A stretch of DNA of 64,000 nt from a virus: IMG/VR virus record IMGVR_UViG_3300012919_000005, positions 11,529-75,528 of that record. One strand, 5' to 3'. A program made the position numbers and the translations under genes. Under the pieces are notes generated by a model. The model saw nothing but the letters and a program-made list of their open reading frames with translations, did no database searches and was not told the origin of the DNA. How positions within the stretch are numbered: position 1 is the first letter of the stretch; each line of letters starts with the position of its first letter. Below, piece by piece: positions 18,787-26,140 of this stretch.

Positions 18787-19200
18787 TCATTTATTATCTT
18801 TGTCATGTTGCTTCTGCTCCCAGTTTTCAATTGCTTTTTTAATCGAATCTTCAGCTAAAACAGAACAGTGTAATTTTATTGGAGGCAATTGTAATGCCTC
18901 GGCTATGTCTTTATCTTTTATTAATTTGGCTTCTTCTATGCTAAGGCCTTTCAGCATTTCAACAAACATAGTAGAGGAAGCAATTGCGCTTCCACAACCA
19001 TAGGTCTTAAACTTGATATCTGTAATAATATCGTTTTCATCTAGTTTAAGTTGTAACTTCATGACATCACCACATGCGGGTGCTCCTGTCATTCCTGTTG
19101 CTACATTTGGGTCTTTTGGATCAAACCGACCGACGCTAAACTGCTGCGGACTGTTCAAGACTCCGTAAAATCTTTCTGTGACTTCTTTACTATAGGCCAT
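18787..19200 (-). CDS. iscU: Fe-S cluster scaffold IscU
   Basis: GAPACGDVMKLQ, FKTYGCGSAIASS, LPPIKLHCSVLAED. Confidence 0.95.
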   Translation of the reverse strand: MAYSKEVTERFYGVLNSPQQFSVGRFDPKDPNVATGMTGAPACGDVMKLQLKLDENDIITDIKFKTYGCGSAIASSTMFVEMLKGLSIEEAKLIKDKDIAEALQLPPIKLHCSVLAEDSIKKAIENWEQKQHDKDNK

Positions 19201-19667
19201 TATTTTTTCTCTTCTTTGAGAAGCTTGGACATAAGCTTCCCATAGTTCCCTGTGCCAAAGGCACCATCATTTATTTGTACATTAGTTTGATTTTTAATAT
19301 TTGTAGCTTTTGCTTTTTCTAGTTCTGCTTGAGCTTTTAGTTCGTCCATTCTCATTTTGTGGGCCATTTGTAGTAAGTCTGCGAGGTCTTTGCTAGTATA
19401 TATTTCCGACTCTTCGGCTTCTTCCATTTTCTTATCAATCAAAGTATCTAATGTGTCCGCAAGTTTAAATCTATTTCTATACCCTGTGTCTAGATATACA
19501 GTGTCAATATATTGTTTGACTTCTCTGCGATTTAATATTTCACTAACTTGCGCTTCTCCTAAACCCATTCTAAGGCTAACAGTCGGGATTGAGCCATGCT
19601 GCAAATATGCATTGGCTATCTCGAGACCCTCTGGGCTTATTTTTGTTGTTAAAGCTACACTTGACAT
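19200..19667 (-). CDS. terS: Terminase small subunit (T5-like)
   Basis: ISPEGLEIANAYLQ, YIDTVYLDTGYRNRF, DLLQMAHKMRMDE, NYGKLM resemble T5 TerS. Confidence 0.8.
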   Translation of the reverse strand: MSSVALTTKISPEGLEIANAYLQHGSIPTVSLRMGLGEAQVSEILNRREVKQYIDTVYLDTGYRNRFKLADTLDTLIDKKMEEAEESEIYTSKDLADLLQMAHKMRMDELKAQAELEKAKATNIKNQTNVQINDGAFGTGNYGKLMSKLLKEEKK

Positions 19668-19675
19668 ATAAACAT

Positions 19676-19704
19676 ATTATACTAAAAATATAACCATTTG
19701 TCAA
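19676..19704 (-). promoter_or_regulatory. Sigma70-type promoter (near-leaderless terS transcript)
   Basis: TTGACA-17-TATAAT; ATG is 8 nt after the -10 box. Confidence 0.8.
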
Positions 19705-19909
19705 GAACTATTTATCCATATGTATCATTATGATACTATACGGCACTTTTTTGTAAGTACCATTTTTTCCAAAGTTGTACGCGCGGGGGAGTCTGCGGGA
19801 GCGTGTCAAGGTAGGTCTGATAACCCCCCTAACTACTGTATAAACGCAGAAAACTACTGTATATACTGTGACAATTGTGTGACATCGCTTTTTTGGGTGT
19901 ATAATTAAC

Positions 19910-20150
19910 TCAATTGCTTATGCGACTGAATATCGGACGGCACAGGGGAAACCCCACGAAGAGACCGCCTTGCAGATTCAGAAAACAAGATAAACTTCTA
20001 CTGTTTATCGGTGAAACTCTCTCAGAGAAACTTACGGCAATGAGGTTGGAGACAATCGGTTTATATACTCCCAATATGTAAACTGCTCACGAATCGAACG
20101 CTCGGAACAACGAGGTTAAATAAAAATTAAAATTTTCCTTAAATTAAATG
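19910..20150 (+). ncRNA. Candidate structured ncRNA or long leader
   Basis: Follows TATAAT at 19900-19905; no ORF of 60 aa or more; stems CTGAAT/ATTCAG, GGGG-aaa-CCCC, GATAAAC/GTTTATC, GGTTTATAT/ATGTAAACT, CTCG/CGAG. Confidence 0.4.
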
Positions 20151-20163
20151 CGAGGTATTTAAT

Positions 20164-20346
20164 ATGAAAACTACTAGAAAACGATACAAGATTTATCAAT
20201 TGGTTGAAAAGGAATCATGGCTCGGCAATTATGAATTTTTTGCTCTGTATATGGTTACTACTTCAATACGCCAACGAATGAGGACTGTATCGAGGTTGAA
20301 TAAAAGGGGAATCAAAACCAATGTCGTGGTCGAGATTCTAAAATAA
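20164..20346 (+). CDS. Hypothetical pre-early protein
   Basis: GAGGT RBS; followed by a hairpin at 20351-20381. Confidence 0.55.
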   Translation: MKTTRKRYKIYQLVEKESWLGNYEFFALYMVTTSIRQRMRTVSRLNKRGIKTNVVVEILK

Positions 20347-20399
20347 CTATAAACGCTCTCAGACGCTCTCTGAGGGCGTTTCTTTTATAGGGGGTTTCT

Positions 20400-20588
20400 A
20401 TGACTATAGAAAACTTAAAACAAACGATTAGACAAGCTCATACGCTATCTGATACTCAACTAAACTTCGAGCTAGACGCTATATTGTGTGTGATGGATTT
20501 CAACACACAAGCGTTAAGCATGGAAGAATGGAATTATCTCAGAGCAACGAGGTTGCTAATCGAAGAAATACTAAACAACAGGGTATAA
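20400..20588 (+). CDS. Hypothetical pre-early protein
   Basis: G-rich RBS; followed by hairpin GGCTCGTT/AACGAGCC. Confidence 0.55.
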   Translation: MTIENLKQTIRQAHTLSDTQLNFELDAILCVMDFNTQALSMEEWNYLRATRLLIEEILNNRV

Positions 20589-20650
20589 AACTGTTGGGGT
20601 CTAGGCTCGTTACCTAATACAAAAACGAGCCAATTTAATGAGGTAATATT

Positions 20651-20842
20651 ATGGCTAATGCTAATAATAAAACGACTTCTGAATTGAAGAAGATGACAAG
20701 GACTGATTATGAAAAATTAGTCCGAGACACTTTCGGAGATGAAGAAGGTATCGAGACACTTCTTCGCTCAGGCATGAAGGGTCTTAAAATGGTGCTTATC
20801 GGCATGGGTGTTAAACCTATCGCGGGTAAGAAGTGGGGTTAA
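20651..20842 (+). CDS. Hypothetical pre-early protein
   Basis: GAGGT RBS, 63 aa. Confidence 0.55.
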   Translation: MANANNKTTSELKKMTRTDYEKLVRDTFGDEEGIETLLRSGMKGLKMVLIGMGVKPIAGKKWG

Positions 20843-21719
20843 CGCTATGGTTATGGTTCAAGACTATAGGCATAAGCATATCGCTTTAATCCTAGATACT
20901 GAAACTTGCTTTAAGAACGAACATCAAGGCTTAATCGCTGAGATAGGTTGGACTTTTGGCAATGTTCTTAATAATCAAGATACGCCTACTTGTAGGCGTT
21001 TTCTTGTAGCTGATACGCTGTTCAATCCTAACTATTGGTTACATTCTCAAAAATTGAAGAATGTTCACGAATCGTTGCAAGGATTAGCAGAGGGTGAAAG
21101 GACGGCTTACAAGACTGATTCGAGATATGTTGAATATCTTGAACAGTTAAAGCGACTGAATCAAATCGGAAAGACCGATAAGGTTCTAAAATCGTGGCAG
21201 GAAATATTAGAAATACTTACTAAGGATTTGGCTTTAGTCGATTCCGTAGGTGCTTATAATATGCCTTTCGACCTACGAGCAATGCAAACGACAACGAAGA
21301 GATTTCATCATTCACATTATGTAGAAATCGAAAGGTTGCCGAAATTTTGCTTAATGGATATGTTCGCTAACAAGGTTATAAACCGAAGATATTTCGAAAA
21401 GGTTGATAATCTAAGCGAAGAAGAGAGAGTAAAATTCATGTCAAAAAGTGGCAAGAATCTTGGGTATTCGGCTGAGATAATGGCTCGATATATTCAAGAA
21501 GACCTTGGGTATGTAGAATGTCATACTGCCTTAGAGGATTCACTAATTGAATATGAACTTGCTCAATACTTCTTGGATAAATACAAAGATTCATTCTTTG
21601 AAAATTATCTTAACAAGATAGGTTCTGTATCTTGGCAATCAATCCGTAAGAGGTTGACTGCTAAAGATAAGGAAGAGCAACGAGAACTCAATTTCGGAGG
21701 GTTTGAAAATGAAACTTAA
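20808..21719 (+). CDS. DEDDh-type 3'-5' exonuclease (likely start ~20847)
   Basis: ExoI LILDTET, ExoII AYNMPFD, ExoIII HTALEDS. Confidence 0.75.
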   Translation: MLNLSRVRSGVNAMVMVQDYRHKHIALILDTETCFKNEHQGLIAEIGWTFGNVLNNQDTPTCRRFLVADTLFNPNYWLHSQKLKNVHESLQGLAEGERTAYKTDSRYVEYLEQLKRLNQIGKTDKVLKSWQEILEILTKDLALVDSVGAYNMPFDLRAMQTTTKRFHHSHYVEIERLPKFCLMDMFANKVINRRYFEKVDNLSEEERVKFMSKSGKNLGYSAEIMARYIQEDLGYVECHTALEDSLIEYELAQYFLDKYKDSFFENYLNKIGSVSWQSIRKRLTAKDKEEQRELNFGGFENET

Positions 21720-22323
21720 ATACATTTTAAATCCGAGAGATAATTGGGAAAGGGCGACACGACATATGTCGCCCATTCTCGACTATAGAGCAAAGCACGG
21801 ACTAATAAAGAAGGCTAAGAGGAATACTGACAATCTTTTGAAGGTATTCGCTGAATCAAAAGATGTGTTTATTTTCGACCTTGATAAAACGACTTTTATC
21901 AGACCGAAGATATTCACTCATAAGATTAAATTTTCTTTCAAGAAGGGTTTCTATCTTGTTGAGGATTTAGCAACTTATATCTTTTGGGATTCTTTTATCG
22001 TGTCCTTATTTGATAGACCCCTACCACTAGCCAAAAAGATGAAGAGATTCATTCGAGAAGGCAAAAAGGTAGGTATCTATACTGCTAGGCAATATCGTTG
22101 GTTTTCCAAACTTTGGATAAGGTTAAAAATTGGTAAGGTTTCTTTTATCAAATTTAGACCTAAAGGCGATAACACTATCGACCACGAGTTGAAGGAAAGG
22201 TATCTAAAAGAGTGTATTCATACTTACGATTACTTCACCTTTGCTCATATCGTTGCTTATGATGATAATGCAGAGATTATCAAGATGTATCATCAAAACG
22301 ATATAGAGGGTATAAAATGTTAA
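21703..22323 (+). CDS. HAD-superfamily phosphatase (nucleotidase / PNKP-phosphatase-like)
   Basis: Motif I FDLDKT, motif II YTAR, motif III K, motif IV YDDN. Confidence 0.7.
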   Translation: MKMKLKYILNPRDNWERATRHMSPILDYRAKHGLIKKAKRNTDNLLKVFAESKDVFIFDLDKTTFIRPKIFTHKIKFSFKKGFYLVEDLATYIFWDSFIVSLFDRPLPLAKKMKRFIREGKKVGIYTARQYRWFSKLWIRLKIGKVSFIKFRPKGDNTIDHELKERYLKECIHTYDYFTFAHIVAYDDNAEIIKMYHQNDIEGIKC

Positions 22324-22583
22324 GCGTTTCAATGGTTGTCGCAACTGTTGTCTTTTGGAGCATGGGGGTAGGCTTAGTCGCCTACGCCCTTGCCTTTATA
22401 GACAAGAGAATACGAGCGTATTACATCTGTATTATCTTCGGTAATGCAATAATACTTTTAACTAGCCCTTTGATTTATCAGAGTGAATTTAATATCGGTA
22501 TCTTAACTATGGTTATGGTATCGGCTCAGATTAAATCAGGATTAGGAGAAAGGAAACGATTAAACAATGGGGGTTGGTTATGA
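22317..22583 (+). CDS. Membrane protein (about three TM helices)
   Basis: Hydrophobic 88 aa; coupled to the upstream gene. Confidence 0.55.
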   Translation: MLSVSMVVATVVFWSMGVGLVAYALAFIDKRIRAYYICIIFGNAIILLTSPLIYQSEFNIGILTMVMVSAQIKSGLGERKRLNNGGWL

Positions 22584-22746
22584 AATGGTTATTTCAAGAT
22601 AATCCTACGCCTACCCAAATTGCTAATCGTATAATTTTTAACGCATGGGTAAAACGCCAAAAGAAAACATGGTTGAATGTGCCTTTTCTAGGTATCTTTC
22701 TGATTACTGCTTTGGTTTGGGTTTTATTCTTTATGGGGGTATTTAT

Positions 22747-22941
22747 ATGAATGGTAAACGACCTTTTGTAAGGGAAAATGCCTATGATTTAGCCGATATG
22801 GTAGCAAAAGAATTTGCTAAACATAATCCTGACAAGAAAACGATTCGAGAGATTCAGTCGGAATTATATTTTAGAACAAATGCTGTTGCTAAAATAATCG
22901 GGCAAATCATAGAGACCTATTTTAAATCCTTGCCTAAATGA
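22747..22941 (+). CDS. Hypothetical protein (MNGKRPF...)
   Basis: C-terminal part of track ORF 22645-22941; G-rich RBS before this ATG. Confidence 0.45.
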   Translation: MNGKRPFVRENAYDLADMVAKEFAKHNPDKKTIREIQSELYFRTNAVAKIIGQIIETYFKSLPK

Positions 22942-23069
22942 GTAAAAATCGGGTGCAACGATTAGAGGAGCGGTGGTTTTGGATAAGACTAATAATGGAA
23001 TTTCTTAGAACGATGATTCCTGTTCTTGTCCTGATACTACAAATCGTTGTATTGCAGAAATTACTCTAG
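22938..23069 (+). CDS. 43-aa single-TM microprotein
   Basis: Manual translation ...EFLRTMIPVLVLILQIVVLQKLL; paralog at 28398-28538. Confidence 0.55.
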   Translation: MSKNRVQRLEERWFWIRLIMEFLRTMIPVLVLILQIVVLQKLL

Positions 23070-23120
23070 GTTTGCGATTTAAGGGAACGGCTTGGCTAGA
23101 GCCGTGAAAATCTAGCCATT

Positions 23121-23172
23121 AGCGTGGTGGATTCTTTACTCGACTGGTTGGATCCGCCACGCTTTTTTTTAT
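23121..23172 (+). terminator. Rho-independent terminator closing the pre-early operon
   Basis: AGCGTGGTGGATT...GATCCGCCACGCT followed by a long T tract. Confidence 0.75.
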
Positions 23173-23331
23173 TTTTTATTTTTCTGCGCCTAAGTAGTAG
23201 TACGACGACGACTTTTGTAGCGCGTCAGCGCCAAAGTGCAAGTACGAAGTATAAAACTGGTCTGTCTGCGCGGCCGCGACATTTGTCCCATATTATGCGA
23301 AGTCTGTCCTTCCCTCCCCACCTACCCCATT

Positions 23332-23360
23332 ATTATATCACAAAAATTTGAGCATGTCAA
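23332..23360 (-). promoter_or_regulatory. Leftward sigma70 promoter with no downstream ORF
   Basis: TTGACA-17-TATAAT. Confidence 0.75.
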
Positions 23361-23403
23361 GAAAAATATGAAAAAACTTTTTTGAAAAAACTTTCGCAAT
23401 TGC

Positions 23404-23432
23404 TTGACAAAACCCATTTCGCCTTATATAAT
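23404..23432 (+). promoter_or_regulatory. Sigma70 promoter (leaderless transcript)
   Basis: TTGACA-17-TATAAT; ATG at 23440. Confidence 0.8.
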
Positions 23433-23439
23433 AATACAC

Positions 23440-23598
23440 ATGAAAAACGAAAAAACAATCGAAAAGGTCAAAAGACCAAACAAGAAAGTTTTATTACGCG
23501 AGATTGCTGACATGACTGGCAAAAGCATCAGAGACCTTGATAGCTTAGGAAGAAGCAACATCAGCACAATCGAATGGGTAAAAGAACTTGTGTCCTAA
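23440..23598 (+). CDS. 52-aa protein resembling the C-terminal module of A2-like proteins
   Basis: MKNEKTIEKVKRPNKKVLLREIADMTGKSIRDLDSLGRSNISTIEWVKELVS; compare DIASLEKATKIDL in 24594-24923. Confidence 0.55.
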   Translation: MKNEKTIEKVKRPNKKVLLREIADMTGKSIRDLDSLGRSNISTIEWVKELVS

Positions 23599-23682
23599 TT
23601 TCTGAAGTGTAAGCGACTTTATTACTCAACGCTAGACATCGGTCCCTATTGGCACGGGACGGTTGTCCGCTTTTGCGCGCCG

Positions 23683-23711
23683 ATTTTACCACATCTATTC
23701 TAGCTTGTCAA
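23683..23711 (-). promoter_or_regulatory. Leftward sigma70 promoter with no downstream ORF
   Basis: TTGACA-17-TAAAAT. Confidence 0.65.
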
Positions 23712-24036
23712 TACCTGCGTGAAAAATAATTCAACTTTTTTATTTGCTAAGTCTCCCTAAAACAAGGGTCTTGCCGACCTTCTCGCAAATCCCCTACAAC
23801 CCCCATTCTTACTCACTTCGCAAACCTTATAAAATAGGGTTCTCCAGTGATAGTAAGTACTAACTATGCGAAGACCATGGCACAAGTGTTTCAAAGGTAG
23901 CCGCCCCGCGCGCCCAAGTGCGAAAACGATAAGTGCCAAAGTGGTGAGCCTGCGCCAATAAGTGCAAAACTGGTAAGTGCTAGGTCTACTTTAGTGGGCA
24001 AGTGGCCGCCGCGAGTCTAGAATAAGTCTTATTTAT

Positions 24037-24065
24037 ATTGTATCATGCTTTTAAAGACTTGTCAA
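24037..24065 (-). promoter_or_regulatory. Leftward sigma70 promoter with no convincing downstream ORF
   Basis: TTGACA-17-TACAAT. Confidence 0.65.
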
Positions 24066-24171
24066 GACTTTTGCTGACTTGCGCCGACTTTTTTAAGGCT
24101 TTGCTACGGTTTCGCGTCCGGCCCCCGAGAATTCCTTTGCGTAAGTTTATTAATATTTCTTTTGCATTTGC

Positions 24172-24200
24172 TTGACACTACATCAATAGCTTGATATAAT
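24172..24200 (+). promoter_or_regulatory. Sigma70 promoter
   Basis: TTGACA-17-TATAAT. Confidence 0.8.
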
Positions 24201-24206
24201 ATATAC

Positions 24207-24340
24207 ATAATTTGAAGTGAGGAAACCACCGAACACCAAAAGCGACCTACGGGTCGAGAGAGTAGAAGTGATTCGCTGTAGGAATTGAAGCTATACGGCA
24301 AAGATTCAAAAAAATGTTGGCAGTCTTCCCCGAACTCGCT
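24207..24340 (+). ncRNA. Candidate small structured ncRNA
   Basis: Own promoter, no credible ORF; stems TTTGAA/TTCAAA, CGACC-TACG-GGTCG (UNCG loop), GCTGTAG/CTATACGGC. Confidence 0.45.
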
Positions 24341-24351
24341 TTAAATTATAC

Positions 24352-24380
24352 TTGACAAGACAATGTCAGCGTGATATAAT
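24352..24380 (+). promoter_or_regulatory. Sigma70 promoter (leaderless transcript)
   Basis: TTGACA-17-TATAAT; ATG at 24388. Confidence 0.8.
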
Positions 24381-24387
24381 ATTAAGT

Positions 24388-24504
24388 ATGAAACAGAAAA
24401 GATTACCGAAAAAAATGACTGCCGAGATGAAACTCGTAATAGTAAATCTAATAGCCATTGGAGTAGGAGTAGCAATACTGATATGGGACACATGGTTAAG
24501 GTAA
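24388..24504 (+). CDS. 38-aa leaderless single-TM microprotein
   Basis: Manual translation MKQKRLPKKMTAEMKLVIVNLIAIGVGVAILIWDTWLR. Confidence 0.55.
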   Translation: MKQKRLPKKMTAEMKLVIVNLIAIGVGVAILIWDTWLR

Positions 24505-24528
24505 GTTTGAAAAAGATTAAGCAATCAC

Positions 24529-24557
24529 TTGACAAAACCTTAAACGCAGTATATAAT
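24529..24557 (+). promoter_or_regulatory. Sigma70 promoter
   Basis: TTGACA-17-TATAAT upstream of the A2-like gene. Confidence 0.8.
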
Positions 24558-24593
24558 ATAAAGTATAAATTAAATATTAAAACAGGAGTAGAA

Positions 24594-24923
24594 ATGGCAT
24601 CAGCTAAAAATTACACAGATGAAATGGTCAACACAATGACCGAACAATACCAAGCTAATCCGACAAGGGAAACTGTTGACGCACTAGCAAGAGAATTTGG
24701 CAAAACTACAAGAAGTATTATTGCTAAGTTATCAAGAGAAGGCGTATATGTTGCTCAACCAAGAACAACAAAAACAGGCGAGCCTATCGTTAGCAAAAAT
24801 GAGATTGTCAATGACATTGCTAGCCTTCTACAAGTTGAAGTTGATGACATCGCTTCTCTTGAGAAAGCAACAAAGATTGACCTCAGAAACTTAGTGGAAA
24901 GACTCGAAGCAGTCGTTCAGTAA
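24594..24923 (+). CDS. T5 A2-like DNA-binding protein
   Basis: AGGAG RBS; NYTDEM...ALAREFGKTTRSIIAKLSREGVY...DIASLEKA resembles T5 A2. Confidence 0.7.
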   Translation: MASAKNYTDEMVNTMTEQYQANPTRETVDALAREFGKTTRSIIAKLSREGVYVAQPRTTKTGEPIVSKNEIVNDIASLLQVEVDDIASLEKATKIDLRNLVERLEAVVQ

Positions 24924-24988
24924 GAAAGTGATGAGGTAGTGTTAAAACTACCTCGCCACAGTCAAGATAACCTCGTTAAAAATAGTTC

Positions 24989-25017
24989 TTGACAAAAGGT
25001 TATTAGCGAGATATAAT
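24989..25017 (+). promoter_or_regulatory. Sigma70 promoter
   Basis: aaatagttc-TTGACA-17-TATAAT. Confidence 0.8.
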
Positions 25018-25023
25018 ATATCT

Positions 25024-25185
25024 TATAAAATAAAAAAAGAACAGTAGTGAAACTACGCAGACAATGACCAACATTGCGTAGTTTGAAAGTGGTAAACCTA
25101 CTCTAGCTATGAAAAATACCCTATCACATAGCAGATAGTGCACTTTGGGAAAGTGGCGGGATTTAACTACTGAGCTCAAGAAAGT
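25024..25185 (+). ncRNA. Candidate ~150-nt structured ncRNA with a possible pseudoknot
   Basis: Closing stem CAGTAGT/ACTACTG; AAACTACGCA/TGCGTAGTTT; GCTATG/CATAGC crossing CTATC/GATAG; CACTTT-ggg-AAAGTG. Confidence 0.55.
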
Positions 25186-25197
25186 GAAAAATAGTTC

Positions 25198-25226
25198 TTG
25201 ACAAAAGGTTAAAAGCTTGATATAAT
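25198..25226 (+). promoter_or_regulatory. Sigma70 promoter driving the large non-coding unit
   Basis: aaatagttc-TTGACA-17-TATAAT. Confidence 0.85.
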
Positions 25227-25232
25227 ATACAT

Positions 25233-26040
25233 ATCAAAAACAAAAAAAACAAGGGGATTTCTGACTCGCCAAGCAAGTAGTAATCTGAGCATTAGCCAGC
25301 ATCACTACAGCGAGAGTCAGAAACCACGAGAGGCATCTCATTAAATATTGCCGTATGCTCTTTCAATGATTAGAGGGACACGATATCAGAGTAAATCATT
25401 CGACAGTTGCAGGTTGCTAGTAGTTAACAGATTCACGGAAGAATAAGGGAACTAGCCGTTTTAACTCAAACGATAAGGAGTAAGTGCAATACTACAGCAG
25501 TAAGTGTGTAAGTGCGTAGTCTCAACCGATTCGGTAGCAGACATAAGAAGACCTTCTCACGAGGGCAAAGCCGACCAGTTAGCCTGTAGTTCCCACTTCT
25601 CGAGCAGTTTGTCGAAACTTAAAAACCTACGGGATTACGCAGTATTACAGTAGTAAAACAGTAAATCTTCGCGTGATTGACACCAGATACAGCGATAATA
25701 TCAGGGAGTGTTTAGTAGCAAAACGCTTCGGTCATCAAGTCCTGCAGATGTAGGAAACGACAGATAAAGGTGAACTACCATAAGAACGGCATCTCTATCT
25801 CTAGTGTAAAAGTGATGATTGTAAAGAGACGCTATAGTAGACAAATGACTTCTCGAACATCATTTGAAGTTTGCTAGAGTTCTTTACCAAACTAGCACTT
25901 TCAACCTAGTGTAAAAGGTGTAGGTTTTTAGGACGCTATTGTAATAAAATGCCGACCTACTGCACGACAAAGGAGTAAACTTTCTAACTGTGTAAACAGA
26001 TTAAGTTTGAAGGGCGACTCTTCGGAGTCGTCTTTTTTTG
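25233..26040 (+). ncRNA. Candidate large (~800 nt) ornate ncRNA
   Basis: Bounded by a consensus promoter and a strong terminator; no ORF of 60 aa or more in six frames; many local and long-range complementary stems. Confidence 0.65.
26012..26039 (+). terminator. Rho-independent terminator
   Basis: GGCGACTC-TTCG-GAGTCGTC-TTTTTTT. Confidence 0.9.
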
Positions 26041-26088
26041 TCTCAAATGCAGATATCACAAAATTTCAAGGTTAATTTAAAAAAGTTC

Positions 26089-26117
26089 TTGACAAACAAC
26101 TTAACGCTTGATATAAT
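26089..26117 (+). promoter_or_regulatory. Sigma70 promoter of the early operon
   Basis: TTGACA-17-TATAAT, then AGGAG RBS. Confidence 0.8.
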
Positions 26118-26140
26118 ATATAGTATAAAAAGGAGAAAAA

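Larger units (their letters stand above)
23180..24130. repeat. GC-rich zone with dispersed GCGC(C) and AAGTGC direct repeats; candidate injection-stop-signal analogue
   Basis: GCGC near 23186, 23220, 23228, 23268, 23675, 23910, 23952, 24081; AAGTGC near 23234, 23916, 23931, 23960, 23975; mostly non-coding. Confidence 0.5.

Noticed and set aside
19833-19870. LexA/SOS box-like CTGTATAAACGCAG and CTGTATATA
   Set aside because: Spacing is CTG-N8-CAG rather than the CTG-N10-CAG of proteobacterial SOS boxes; the second copy has no right half-site
19866-19885. CRP site that might link to the phage adenylate cyclase
   Set aside because: TGTGA-N6-TGTGA is a direct repeat, not the inverted TGTGA-N6-TCACA
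19935-19975. c-di-GMP-I riboswitch (GCACAGGGGAAACC...CGAA)
   Set aside because: Only the 5' part resembles it; the GGGACGCAAAG core and P2 pairing are missing
23124-24535. Track ORFs 23124-23351, 23757-23939, 24104-24301 and 24341-24535
   Set aside because: They cross terminators, promoters or repeats, lack an RBS and have atypical composition; probably spurious
25250-26040. tmRNA, RNase P RNA or group II intron identity for the large RNA
   Set aside because: No tRNA-like acceptor/T arm or CCA end, no RNase P GAGGAAAGUCC, and GCCGTATGC at 25350 does not complete a domain V; no interrupted gene flanks it
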